Positions 1-8,138 of a stretch of DNA of 64,000 bases are shown here, piece after piece. The notes beneath the pieces were generated by a model. It saw only the letters and a program-made list of their open reading frames with translations, ran no database searches and had not been told where the DNA came from. The DNA lies in contig NZ_CALKZP010000028.1 of the NCBI RefSeq assembly GCF_938002845.1, positions 9,805-73,804 of the forward strand, written 5' to 3'. Position numbers and translations under genes: made by a program. The number at the start of each line of letters is the position of its first letter. Position 1 is the stretch's first letter. This DNA is from an uncultured Campylobacter sp. (GTDB lineage: Bacteria; Campylobacterota; Campylobacteria; Campylobacterales; Campylobacteraceae).

Positions 1-1
1 C

Positions 2-442
2 GAGCGCGAGCTGCCTACGCTCGCGCGTGAGCCGATCGCTCGCGCCAGCATCCAAAACAAAGGCGCGATCATCATCGCGCGCGATATGAGCGAGTGCGTG
101 GGGCTAATGAACGAGCTTGCGGTCGAGCACCTCGAGATCGCGACCGAGAACGCCTACGAGCTGCTTCCGCGCATACGCCACGCAGGCGCGATATTTTTGG
201 GTCACTACACGCCCGAGGCGATGGGCGATTACCTCGCAGGTCCTAATCACACGCTGCCGACCGGCGGAAGCGCGCGATTTTTCTCGCCTCTGGGGGTTTA
301 TAACTTCATCAAACGAAGCTCGATCATAGCGCTAAATAAACGCGCCATAGACGAGTTAGGGGGCGCGTGCATGGCGCTAGCGGATGCCGAGGGGCTGGGC
401 GCGCACAAAAAATCGGTGCAGATTAGATTTGATGAGAAGTGA
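2..442 (+). CDS. hisD: Histidinol dehydrogenase, C-terminal fragment (5' end lies upstream of the window)
   Basis: The reading frame is open from base 2. The C-terminal HisD signature is present (AVEHLEI, GDYLAGPNHTLPTGGSARF, EGLGAHKKSV). Stop codon TGA at 440-442. Confidence 0.85.
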   Translation, partial: ERELPTLAREPIARASIQNKGAIIIARDMSECVGLMNELAVEHLEIATENAYELLPRIRHAGAIFLGHYTPEAMGDYLAGPNHTLPTGGSARFFSPLGVYNFIKRSSIIALNKRAIDELGGACMALADAEGLGAHKKSVQIRFDEK

Positions 443-517
443 TTTTGCGCTGCAGCCCCAAGAGGCGGTGGGGACGGAATTTTAAAAAGCACTGGCGGCA
501 GTTGCGAAACCGCGAAC

Positions 518-617
518 CGAAATTTTAAAATTTAAATATGCGTTAAATTTTAAAAAGCAGTAGCGTCTTAGCGAGGGCGAAATTTTAAAATTTAAAGACG
601 CATTAAATTTTAAAAAA
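518..617. repeat. Two copies of a ~40-bp unit built from AAATTT boxes, with a 60-bp period
   Basis: 518-557 cgaaattttaaaatttaaatatgcgttaaattttaaaaag versus 578-617 cgaaattttaaaatttaaagacgcattaaattttaaaaaa; only a few mismatches by eye. Confidence 0.8.
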
Positions 618-663
618 ATAGGTGATATTTAGGTAAAATTTAAGGTAAATTTGCCAAGCCAGA

Positions 664-672
664 TGCTATACT
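664..672 (+). promoter_or_regulatory. Candidate extended -10 promoter element (TGcTATACT) for the 700..990 gene
   Basis: TG-n-TATACT lies about 28 nt upstream of ATG 700. An AAGGAG ribosome-binding site sits at 689-694. No experimental support. Confidence 0.3.
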
Positions 673-699
673 TTCGCTGATTTTTTACAAGGAGAGAAA

Positions 700-990
700 A
701 TGAAAAAATCACTTTTAGTTTTGGCTAGTTTTGGCTTTGCGCTAAGTCTTAGCGCCGCAGATCTTGCAGATAGCTGCAAAGAGTACTTCGCAGATCTTGA
801 CAAGATGGTCGATACCTACAAACAAGCAGGTCAAGAGCAGCAGGTCAAGATGTACGAGGATCAAAAAAAACAGTCCATGGATCAGATCAGCGCACTTCCT
901 AAGGAGCAGCAAGAGGCCACTTGCAAACAAGCTAAAGAGATATTTAAGCAAATGATGGATCAGATGAAACAACAAGGCGCTATGAAATAA
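700..990 (+). CDS. Small secreted, lysine/glutamine-rich hypothetical protein (96 aa)
   Basis: Strong AAGGAG ribosome-binding site 6 nt upstream. Signal peptide MKKSLLVLASFGFALSLSA/AD. No family recognised. Confidence 0.7.
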   Translation: MKKSLLVLASFGFALSLSAADLADSCKEYFADLDKMVDTYKQAGQEQQVKMYEDQKKQSMDQISALPKEQQEATCKQAKEIFKQMMDQMKQQGAMK

Positions 991-1444
991 GCACCTTCGC
1001 AGGCACGATGATGCCTTCTTCAGTCGCGGCGATGTGATATCGTCGCGATTAATTCTCTTTAATCTCACATTTTTTTAAAAATTTTTAAATTTTAAAATTT
1101 GGATGTTTTATCCTCGTTGCTTTCAGGGCTTGCTAAGAATTTCAGATTTGATATTTAGCTTGTTGCAGGAAGTCAAAACCAATAAAGCGCTCGTCGTCGT
1201 TAAAATGCTCCGCAAGGCGACGCATCTTAGTGGGACGCTGCGGTGCACCAAAGATTTACGAGCCGTTTTGGCGCGGCTCGAAACAGCGCCTCATCAATAT
1301 GATGAATTCGAGGCTCGGTTTAAGCGTTATTTTATCGCGATTTGAAATAGCCGGGGCTCATAGATAGAGCGAATTTACGTATAAGTTTGCGGCTCTGCCT
1401 ATGAAATTTACGGCCAAAAACATCTCGCAAAATCGCCTCGGATT

Positions 1445-2062
1445 TTAATCCTTAGTAACGATCGCGCCGTTTTTTATTTCGTGCACGCAGACATTTCTGT
1501 GCAGCTCCTTGCCGGCATCTAAAGTATAGTAGTGCGTTGTTACTGTGCAGCGTAAATCGGCGTCGATGACGAACTCCTGCTTGGCGCGCATCGGCGGCTT
1601 GCTTTTACCGCAGTGCACGTAATCGGCGTAAATTTCGCGACAATCGCTTATATGAAATGCGTCGTTTAAAAGGCAGATAAAAACGTATTCGTGCCCCTGT
1701 TTGCTATCTTGAAAATCCATCAGATAAAGCCTTAGCAGAATTGTTTTGGCGCTCTTTTTTGGCAAACGACAAGCCCTTATGTCTCTGATCCTCTCCCAAT
1801 ACGCGCTTAGATTGTCGATTAAAAAATTCTCCTTTGCGAACGAAAACAGCTCATTTTTATCAAGTAAATTTTTATCGATAGCTGCTAAGGGCGAAATTTC
1901 TCCCGGATAGCGCATTGGCAGTTGCGCGATCGGTAGATCGTCGTAGATATTTTTCATACTCTGATAAATCTCTGGCCGCGGCGCATCGTCTTCCTTGACC
2001 GCGGCATTTTCCATGCCGCATAGCGCAAGTAGGCACAGCAAAAATATCCACACCTGCTTCAT
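1445..2062 (-). CDS. Secreted hypothetical protein
   Basis: I prefer the start at Met16 of the tracked ORF (ATG at 2062). A GAGGGGA ribosome-binding site lies upstream, and this start gives signal peptide MKQVWIFLLCLLALCGMENA. Alternative start at 2107. Confidence 0.65.
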   Translation of the reverse strand: MKQVWIFLLCLLALCGMENAAVKEDDAPRPEIYQSMKNIYDDLPIAQLPMRYPGEISPLAAIDKNLLDKNELFSFAKENFLIDNLSAYWERIRDIRACRLPKKSAKTILLRLYLMDFQDSKQGHEYVFICLLNDAFHISDCREIYADYVHCGKSKPPMRAKQEFVIDADLRCTVTTHYYTLDAGKELHRNVCVHEIKNGAIVTKD

Positions 2063-2257
2063 AACATTTCCCCTCGTTTCGGTCGCGATCTCTTTACTCC
2101 TGATCATACTGCAAATTTTAAAGCCTTAATATGAAGAAAAAAAGATCAAAAATCAAAGCGCCCTTTTTACAACCACTCTCGCGCTGTCTTTTTCTGCCCT
2201 TACTTTTGGGTTAATTTAATCAGAGTTTTCTTCTTGTGTGAAACGGACGATGCGCTG

Positions 2258-2959
2258 CTATTCGTCTTCCGTAGCCTTTTCGGTGAAGCTAACGATGCGC
2301 GGCGCTGCGATGCGCGCGTAATCCCGCGCGTTTAAAATGATCGAGTGATCGAGCAAGCCTGCGTTGAAAGCGATCTCATCAAAGCGTCCGAATAGCGACG
2401 GATCGGCGATTAGCAGCAGCTTGTCGTGGAAGCTAAAGGGTGGCACCGAGCCGATGACGCAGTCCGTGAGATCGCCCACTTCATCGGGGCTTACGAGCGA
2501 TGCTTTCGTGCCGCCGAGCCCCTCTGCCAAGCGCTTTAGATCGGTTTTATGATCGGCTGCGAAGACCGCTAGGACGTAGATTCTGCCGTTTCTGCCCGCG
2601 GGTTTGTCGCTAGGAAGCTTCAGCTGCTGCGGCACGTTGGCGCAAATTTGATCGGCGGTTAAAGCTAAATTTGCTGCGCAGGCGCCGTTTTCGCAGCCTT
2701 GAGCGCTCGCAAAGCTGGAAGCGTTAGGGTTTTGCGCATCATCGACGTTTGCTAAATTTAAATTTTGCGCGAAAGAAATTCGCCCGTCCTTAAAGCCCTT
2801 GATCGTGCAAACTAGCGCCTTTGCGCCTTGTCCCAGCTGCGTGCCTCGGGCTTTGGCGACTTCGGCGGAGGTGCCCGCGCTTTGGTGAGCTACTACGCGG
2901 AAGTGCGCGCCCTGCTGCGTCAAAAGCTCTTTTAGACTTTCAAAAATTCTCTCTGACAT
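2258..2959 (-). CDS. YbaK/ProX-type aminoacyl-tRNA deacylase domain protein carrying a ~70-aa low-complexity insert
   Basis: The N-terminal (GAKALVCTIKG) and C-terminal (YVLAVFAADHKTDLKRLAEGLG...CVIGSVPPF) halves resemble the YbaK/EbsC editing domain. The central Asn/Ala/Gln-rich segment is not part of that fold. Confidence 0.6.
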   Translation of the reverse strand: MSERIFESLKELLTQQGAHFRVVAHQSAGTSAEVAKARGTQLGQGAKALVCTIKGFKDGRISFAQNLNLANVDDAQNPNASSFASAQGCENGACAANLALTADQICANVPQQLKLPSDKPAGRNGRIYVLAVFAADHKTDLKRLAEGLGGTKASLVSPDEVGDLTDCVIGSVPPFSFHDKLLLIADPSLFGRFDEIAFNAGLLDHSIILNARDYARIAAPRIVSFTEKATEDE

Positions 2960-2989
2960 GCTCTCTCCTTGTTTTTGCGAAATTATACT

Positions 2990-3290
2990 GAAATTTTAAC
3001 TAAACGACGCATCGGCGCCAAATTTTGCAACCTCGCCACTTTTGTTGGCGCAATGCTTGCCGCCGCCGCATAGGCTTTGTATGTCGCGCATTTTACGGCT
3101 AAATTTTTAAAATTTAAAAGGCGGATAGGCTGAAGGCGCGCTAAATTTTACGGCCGCAATCTACGCAGAAGCGCGATAAGGTCCCGTCGCGCATAAAATT
3201 TACGCAAAGCCCGCGGTAAAATTTCGCGGTTAAAATTTGTGCAAAGGCGCAGCATAGTTTTTAAAAAGGGCGGTTAAATTTTCTACGCGC
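2990..3290. repeat. Intergenic AAATTT-box / GC-linker array
   Basis: Repeated motifs such as ggctaaatttttaaaatttaaaagg, gcgctaaattttacgg, cataaaatttacgc, ggtaaaatttcgcggttaaaatttg and ggttaaattttc alternate with G+C-rich linkers. No credible ORF. Confidence 0.7.
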
Positions 3291-3447
3291 AGTTCAGCTC
3301 TTGCGAGCGATTTGACTTTTGTGAGCAGTTTGGCTTTTGCAAGTAGTTCGGCTAGTCGGCTCGTTTGCAAACGGCTAGGCTTTCCTTGCGGCGCGGACAT
3401 CTATAGGCGGGGCTTAAAAGCAGATCGCGTATCTCTTTTGCAGGCGG

Positions 3448-3957
3448 TTAGGCTTTTCTGCGTGCACGCACCCGTGCGACGACCTGCCAAAGCCCTGTAT
3501 CATTTCGCAGCTCCTTCCGCCACGAAAACGACGCCTCGCTCATCTATGAAAAGACGTAGCGCATCGCCCCCTCGCCGTTTTGCACGAGCACAATCTCCTC
3601 CGCTTCTTTGTGCGCGGTTAGGCGCAGCGCCGTGCCGACGCAGCCGTAAAAAATATCCCACGTCCCGCTTGCGGGCTCATAAATCCTTATCGTCGTGCCG
3701 TATTCGGCGTCCGGTTGCGGATTTGCGAGCCGCTGCGCGCGCGAGGGCACGATAAATACGTCCTGTACCGCGGATCCGTCCAAAACCCGCGCGAAGAGCC
3801 ACTCGCCTCTGACTTCACGCGGCGTGCCGCTCTGCAGGCCGTCCGTCCACCATATGTCCCAATCGCCGATGAGCGGTGCGAAAAAATCGTGCTCGCTCGG
3901 TATCTTTGCGCTCCGTGCGTCGCTGCACAGAGCCTTTGCAAATCCGCTTTTTTGCAT
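3448..3957 (-). pseudogene. Conserved-hypothetical gene interrupted by an in-frame TAG at 3544-3546 (intact N-terminal ORF 3544..3957)
   Basis: Reading through the TAG in the same frame adds 31 protein-like codons (MSEASFSWRKELRNDTGLWQVVARVRARRKA) up to TAA at 3448-3450. The combined length is about 169 aa. Confidence 0.5.
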
Positions 3958-3974
3958 TAACGCTCCTTGTGAAA

Positions 3975-4400
3975 TTATTTCATCTTGCGGATTTTAGGCT
4001 CTTTGCTCTCTACGAGCTCGTAAATTCTAAGCTCGACCTTGACGTCTTTGGGCGCTAAAATTCTAATTTCGCCGCCGTCGTAGGCGAATGGATGCGTAAG
4101 CTCGTAATAGATCCGCTTCTTTTGCTTCTTGCCGTCGCAGAGCATCAGCGTTTGAGCAAGCTCATCGCCGCCGCTAAACTCGTAATAAAGCCCGTCCGAG
4201 CCCTCTTTTTGCTCTATTTTGCCGCCGATTAGATACGCGTCGTTGCAGTCGGCCTTGATCTCTTTTGAAAAGATCGCTTCGACCTTAAATTGCTGCGGCG
4301 GCATCTTTGACGGCATTAGCTGAAAGACGTTTAGCTGCTTTTGCGCCTCGCCGCCGAACAAAAATAGCGGCAAGAGGAAAAATAAAACGATTTTTCTCAT
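3975..4400 (-). CDS. eco: Ecotin (periplasmic serine-protease inhibitor)
   Basis: Signal peptide present. Aligns by eye with E. coli ecotin: KVEAIFSKEIKADCN..LIGGKIEQK..YYEF, the reactive-loop region AQTLMLCDGKKQKK (E. coli VSTMMACPDGKKEKK), and a C-terminal VKVELRIYEL. Both cysteines of the conserved disulfide are present. Confidence 0.8.
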   Translation of the reverse strand: MRKIVLFFLLPLFLFGGEAQKQLNVFQLMPSKMPPQQFKVEAIFSKEIKADCNDAYLIGGKIEQKEGSDGLYYEFSGGDELAQTLMLCDGKKQKKRIYYELTHPFAYDGGEIRILAPKDVKVELRIYELVESKEPKIRKMK

Positions 4401-4468
4401 TTTTTACTCCTTGAAAAGATATTTTTATTCAAAATTTTAGCGAAATTTTTACTCATTAGTCTGAATTT

Positions 4469-5200
4469 TCAATTGACTTCGTTTTTGCCTACAATACAGA
4501 TGATGTCTTTTAGCGCCTCCGTCTCTGATTTTAACGCCTCGCTATCGGTTTTTTGCGCGGCACTCTTTTTGTTTGCTAAATTTTTGCTAGAGCCTTGCGG
4601 CGAGGGTTTTTCGCGCGAGTTTAAAATTTCGGCGGCGTCGCGCGATATTTCGCCCTGCGTCTGCGCGATGGAAATTTCGCCGCTAGCCCCGCTGGCCTTA
4701 CCCGTGCGGCGGCTTAGCACGCTTTTGACGCTTATCTTTTCGCCTGCGTAAAACGCCTCGCAAAGCCCGTCTCGCGCCTCATAGTCCGTCACCTTGACGC
4801 TGCCTTCTTGAAATTTATAAAATTTCACCCGTTTTGCTCCTCGTAGTTCTTCGGCTCCGCGCCATACGTCGCTCTGCGCATCGAGACCCGCGAGCGCAAA
4901 TGCGCCGTCTGCCGCCTTATACATATCGCCGAGCCTTATCGGTATTCGTTCGCCGCTCTTTTTGGTAAGCACGAAGCCGATCTTTTCGCCATCTTTTGGG
5001 TGCGGGCGGAACTGCCCCGAGAAAAACGCCGTGAAAAACGCGACCTCCTTGATCTCGCCGTCGGTGCCTAGGTATCTCGTCCAGCCATCTTCGGGCACGT
5101 CGATCTCGGCGACGTCTCGCCCGTCTTTTGCGCCGCATTTTAAGCCCGCGCAGCCGCTAAGCGCTAATGCTGCAAGCGCGGCTAAAAATAAGTTTTTCAT
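4469..5200 (-). CDS. Lipoprotein, function unknown
   Basis: Lipobox ALALSGC at the N-terminus. The C-terminal third is Ser/Lys/Ala-rich and low in complexity. Confidence 0.7.
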   Translation of the reverse strand: MKNLFLAALAALALSGCAGLKCGAKDGRDVAEIDVPEDGWTRYLGTDGEIKEVAFFTAFFSGQFRPHPKDGEKIGFVLTKKSGERIPIRLGDMYKAADGAFALAGLDAQSDVWRGAEELRGAKRVKFYKFQEGSVKVTDYEARDGLCEAFYAGEKISVKSVLSRRTGKASGASGEISIAQTQGEISRDAAEILNSREKPSPQGSSKNLANKKSAAQKTDSEALKSETEALKDIICIVGKNEVN

Positions 5201-5448
5201 ATTTTCCCTTCAAATAAATTTTGGCTCAGAGCAGGGCGCCCGCCCCGCCTCGGCGCGTAAATTTGCGCAAAATAGGCGCGCTAGCTTGCTCTGCGGTATT
5301 GAGGCGCTACCGCATCTAAACACACATAAATCGCGCGAGATAAGCGGTAGCGCGGAATTTTAACGTCGCTCGGCGCGTTTTGCAAGCGCTTTGCGGCAAA
5401 TCCGCTTGAAACCTCGGGCGCGCAAAGCCCGTATTGCGGCTAAATTTA

Positions 5449-5808
5449 TCAAGCCGACGTCGCCCAGATGCGTAAAAATCGCTGTCCGCTCGTCTCAAAC
5501 GAGCACTCCTGCCAGTCCCAGTCGTTTTCGCCGCCCATTGCAAAATTTTGAGGTTCGCCTGATAGATCCGCCGCGCTCAAAGCAGCCGTTATCCGCTCTT
5601 TCATAAAATCATCGGGCTCGCAGGACTTGAATTTTTCAAATTTTATCTCGTGAAGGGAGGCGAGCCCAAAGTCCGCGCGCACGAGCTTGCCGCACTCTCG
5701 CGCGAACTCCGCCGCGCTGCATTCGTGCTTTGGGGCGTAGTACCAAACCTCCAGCTCCTCGATGCTTTCGCCCCCAAATTTTATGGATTTTATCATTTCG
5801 TCTTCCAT
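5449..5808 (-). CDS. Small acidic cytoplasmic hypothetical protein
   Basis: ORF of 119 aa with no signal peptide and no recognised motif. The start may be the second ATG at 5796. The 3' end runs into repeat-type DNA, so the C-terminus is uncertain. Confidence 0.45.
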   Translation of the reverse strand: MEDEMIKSIKFGGESIEELEVWYYAPKHECSAAEFARECGKLVRADFGLASLHEIKFEKFKSCEPDDFMKERITAALSAADLSGEPQNFAMGGENDWDWQECSFETSGQRFLRIWATSA

Positions 5809-5954
5809 TTCGCTAGTCGCGGCGGTTTAAATTTGATCGCTTAAATTTCACTTGCCCCATACGGCGCATGGCTTACGCGCAAGATAAAACCTTCGCCATT
5901 TGGCGCAAGCGCGCTGCGCGGTCAAATTTTAAATTTATCCGCCGCGCTTTAAAT

Positions 5955-6498
5955 TTAGACGCCGAAGTCCGCCCGCATCCCCTCTTTGCCTTTCGGCGTA
6001 AAATAGCAAACGACGTAGCAGAGCATTCGGTCTTTGCAGTCGTATTTGGCTTCGAGAGCCTCGATAATGCGCGCAAACTCCTGCGGCGCTCTGCCCTCAA
6101 AGGCGCCTCGTAGCTCCTATGCGGCTATGTGTTTCGGACTAAGGAGCAGATATGTCGCGCCGCCGTCCTCATCCTCGCTTATCGCGCGTAAAATTTCACC
6201 GCTCGCGCGAATGCCCCTTGCCGTCCCACTCGCGCAGGCTTAAAAACGTCGTGCCGCCGTCAGCGTCCAAAGCCTTTTCGTTTAAAATTTGAGCGCGTAA
6301 GGCGCCTTCATTTAAGCTTTCCTCGCTCGCGACCTCGATAAAAACGTCCGTGCCGAGTAGATAGCTGGTCCGCTCAAACTCGCTTTCGTACTCCCAGCTG
6401 TCAAATTTAGCGACAAATTCGCGCACCCGCTCGTCTGCTTCGCAGCCGAACATCATCGCGTCGCTATCTGAAATTTTAACGATATAAGGCTCGTTCAT
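5955..6498 (-). pseudogene. Decayed small acidic protein gene (one frameshift near 6196-6215 and one in-frame TAG at 6117-6119)
   Basis: The tracked ORF 6196..6498 stops at TGA. A shifted frame continues with protein-like sequence: SGEILRAISEDEDGGATYLLLSPKHIAA-TAG-ELRGAFEGRAPQEFARIIEALEAKYDCKDRMLCYVVCYFTPKGKEGMRADFGV. It ends at TAA 5955-5957. Confidence 0.5.
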
Positions 6499-6514
6499 GA
6501 GGCTTTTCTAAATT

Positions 6515-7957
6515 TTATTGCGGCTCGCATTTGCCGTAAACCCACTCGCGAGTTTCGTTTAACTTAAACTCGCCGTCTTTTAGAAAGTACTGCTTGCTGC
6601 TTTTGATCGCGTTTTTGCCCGCGGCTATGTAGTCGCCGATGAAGCCGCGATCCAGGACGTCGTGCGCTAAAATTTCAGGCTCAAAGACGTTTTGCGTCTT
6701 TTGCGTTTCGTGCCATTTGCCGCTCTCATCAGGCTCGCGCAGGGTGATCGAGATGTTGTTGCCCGCCTCGTCGTAGTCGTAGATATACTCGTACTGCTTG
6801 CCATTGGAAACCTGGCGATTTTTTATCACGTTGCCGCGCGCATCGTAGCTAAACTCGTTTTCAAACACGACCTCCCAGCGCTGCAGCTCCTCGCGCCAAA
6901 GCACGGTTTGCTCGCGTAGAGGCCTGCTTTCCTCGGTCTCCTCGTGTACGTTTTTGTAGTACTCCCTCCACTCGTTTTTTGCGGCGTCCCAGCGCGATCT
7001 TAGCTCGGTAAAACGCCTATGCTTAGGCTCGATTTTGCGCAAGATCTTTTCATCGCGCTGCCATGTGTCGTCCTTCCATATAAAATTTATCTCGCTGCGC
7101 GTCCCGTCCCCTGCCGTAAAGACGGTGTGTTTTGTAAGAGGTACCCATTTGCCGCGCCACGCGTAGCCTTCGGAGCCCGCGTAAACGTCGCCGTTATAGT
7201 GATATATCGATTTTTCGTATGGCATCCATTTTTTTGCTTTGGCGTTCCATTCATAGGTCGCTACGAAATTGTTTCTATCGTTTTCATCGACAATCCTTTT
7301 TGTAAGGTGCGTCGGCGTCCATCTGCCCTTTTTTAGCGTGAAATTTTGCAAAATTTCCGTTTTGCCTTCGCGCTTTTCGACGGCTTTTTCACCCTCGTAT
7401 GGCTTGCCGTCCTTGCTTTGCAGGCTGAAATAAATTTTTGAGCCGTCAGCAGCGATCTCCTGCTTGCTCATCGCCGTTTCGCGCAATTTGTTTGTATTCG
7501 CGTCCCAGTCGTATTCGACATTTTCGATTTCGCGCTCGCCGCTTTCGTCAAATTTGCTAAAGCTTTTCGATACGGATACCCCCTCTTCGCCGCTCTTTTT
7601 GTAGATTTTTTCTAGGCGGCGGGTTTTGGCGTCGTAGTTTTGGCTCACTTCATATTCGTAGCGCGGTACGGCGCCGCCCTCTGTTTTGTAGCTCGTCTTT
7701 TGCAGGCAAATTTTATCCGTTCGCGCTTTGAAATTTGATGCCGTTTCGTGCGTCTCGCCCGTCTCGGCCGCGCCCACAGGCATCGCAAGCGCTAATGTCG
7801 CCGCCAAAATAAAGCCTGCTAAAACCGCCGTCCGCGCCCTCGAATTTACCGCCGTCCGCGCTCTAAAAGCGCCCGCCGAAATAATCGCTCGCGCCTTTAA
7901 ATTTAGCGCTGCAAAATCTGCCGCACCCTCGGGCGAAATTTTAAAAACACCTCTCAT
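6515..7957 (-). CDS. Secreted repeat protein, paralog A (eight aromatic-x-W...K/G-W modules with YD-like motifs)
   Basis: Hydrophobic signal-like segment VLAGFILAATLALAMPVGA. Recurrent motifs YDWDANTNK, YEWNAKAKKW, YAWRGKW, FIWKDDTW, SRWDAAKNEW, LWREELQRW, ESGKWHE and FSYDARGN/YDYDEAGN. The start codon is uncertain because the first ~45 codons are AAATTT-box-type sequence. Confidence 0.7.
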   Translation of the reverse strand: MRGVFKISPEGAADFAALNLKARAIISAGAFRARTAVNSRARTAVLAGFILAATLALAMPVGAAETGETHETASNFKARTDKICLQKTSYKTEGGAVPRYEYEVSQNYDAKTRRLEKIYKKSGEEGVSVSKSFSKFDESGEREIENVEYDWDANTNKLRETAMSKQEIAADGSKIYFSLQSKDGKPYEGEKAVEKREGKTEILQNFTLKKGRWTPTHLTKRIVDENDRNNFVATYEWNAKAKKWMPYEKSIYHYNGDVYAGSEGYAWRGKWVPLTKHTVFTAGDGTRSEINFIWKDDTWQRDEKILRKIEPKHRRFTELRSRWDAAKNEWREYYKNVHEETEESRPLREQTVLWREELQRWEVVFENEFSYDARGNVIKNRQVSNGKQYEYIYDYDEAGNNISITLREPDESGKWHETQKTQNVFEPEILAHDVLDRGFIGDYIAAGKNAIKSSKQYFLKDGEFKLNETREWVYGKCEPQ

Positions 7958-8090
7958 GACCGCTCCTTTTATTGTCTAAATTTTAATCCATGCTATGTCC
8001 GCTAAATTTAAACGCAAAGCTCGCGCAACGCCGCGTCCGCATAAATAGCGTCGCACCTGCTAAATTTAACCGCGACGTTCGCGTAAGGCT

Positions 8091-8127
8091 GCGCAGGTAA
8101 AATTTATCCGCGAAATTTTACCTGCGC
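8091..8127 (-). terminator. Perfect 15-bp stem / 7-nt loop hairpin immediately downstream of the 8139..9374 gene
   Basis: GCGCAGGTAAAATTT-atccgcg-AAATTTTACCTGCGC. The stem is built from two inverted AAATTT boxes. No U-tract follows it. Confidence 0.5.
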
Positions 8128-8138
8128 ATCTTCAAACG

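Noticed and set aside
1103-1345. Tracked 80-aa + strand ORF, and opposite-strand fragments (ends at 1227 and 1142..1225) that read like pieces of a degraded gene
   Set aside because: Neither strand gives a continuous ORF with a ribosome-binding site or a recognisable motif. The minus-strand fragments (…LVNLWCTAASH / MRRLAEHFNDDERFIGFDFLQQAKYQI) are suggestive of a relic but too short to support a call without a homology search.
3414-3503. 29-aa minus-strand ORF preceded by a strong GGAAGGAG Shine-Dalgarno-like sequence
   Set aside because: The apparent ribosome-binding site is simply codons W-R-K-E-L of the read-through continuation of the TAG-interrupted gene (3448..3957), in a different frame. 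The short ORF has no independent support.
3544-6119. TAG recoding, since two nearby genes both contain in-frame TAG codons
   Set aside because: TAG terminates several unquestionable genes in the same window: groEL, pepF, yqeY, norZ and the TRAP binding protein. Ordinary nonsense mutations in decaying accessory genes are the simpler explanation.
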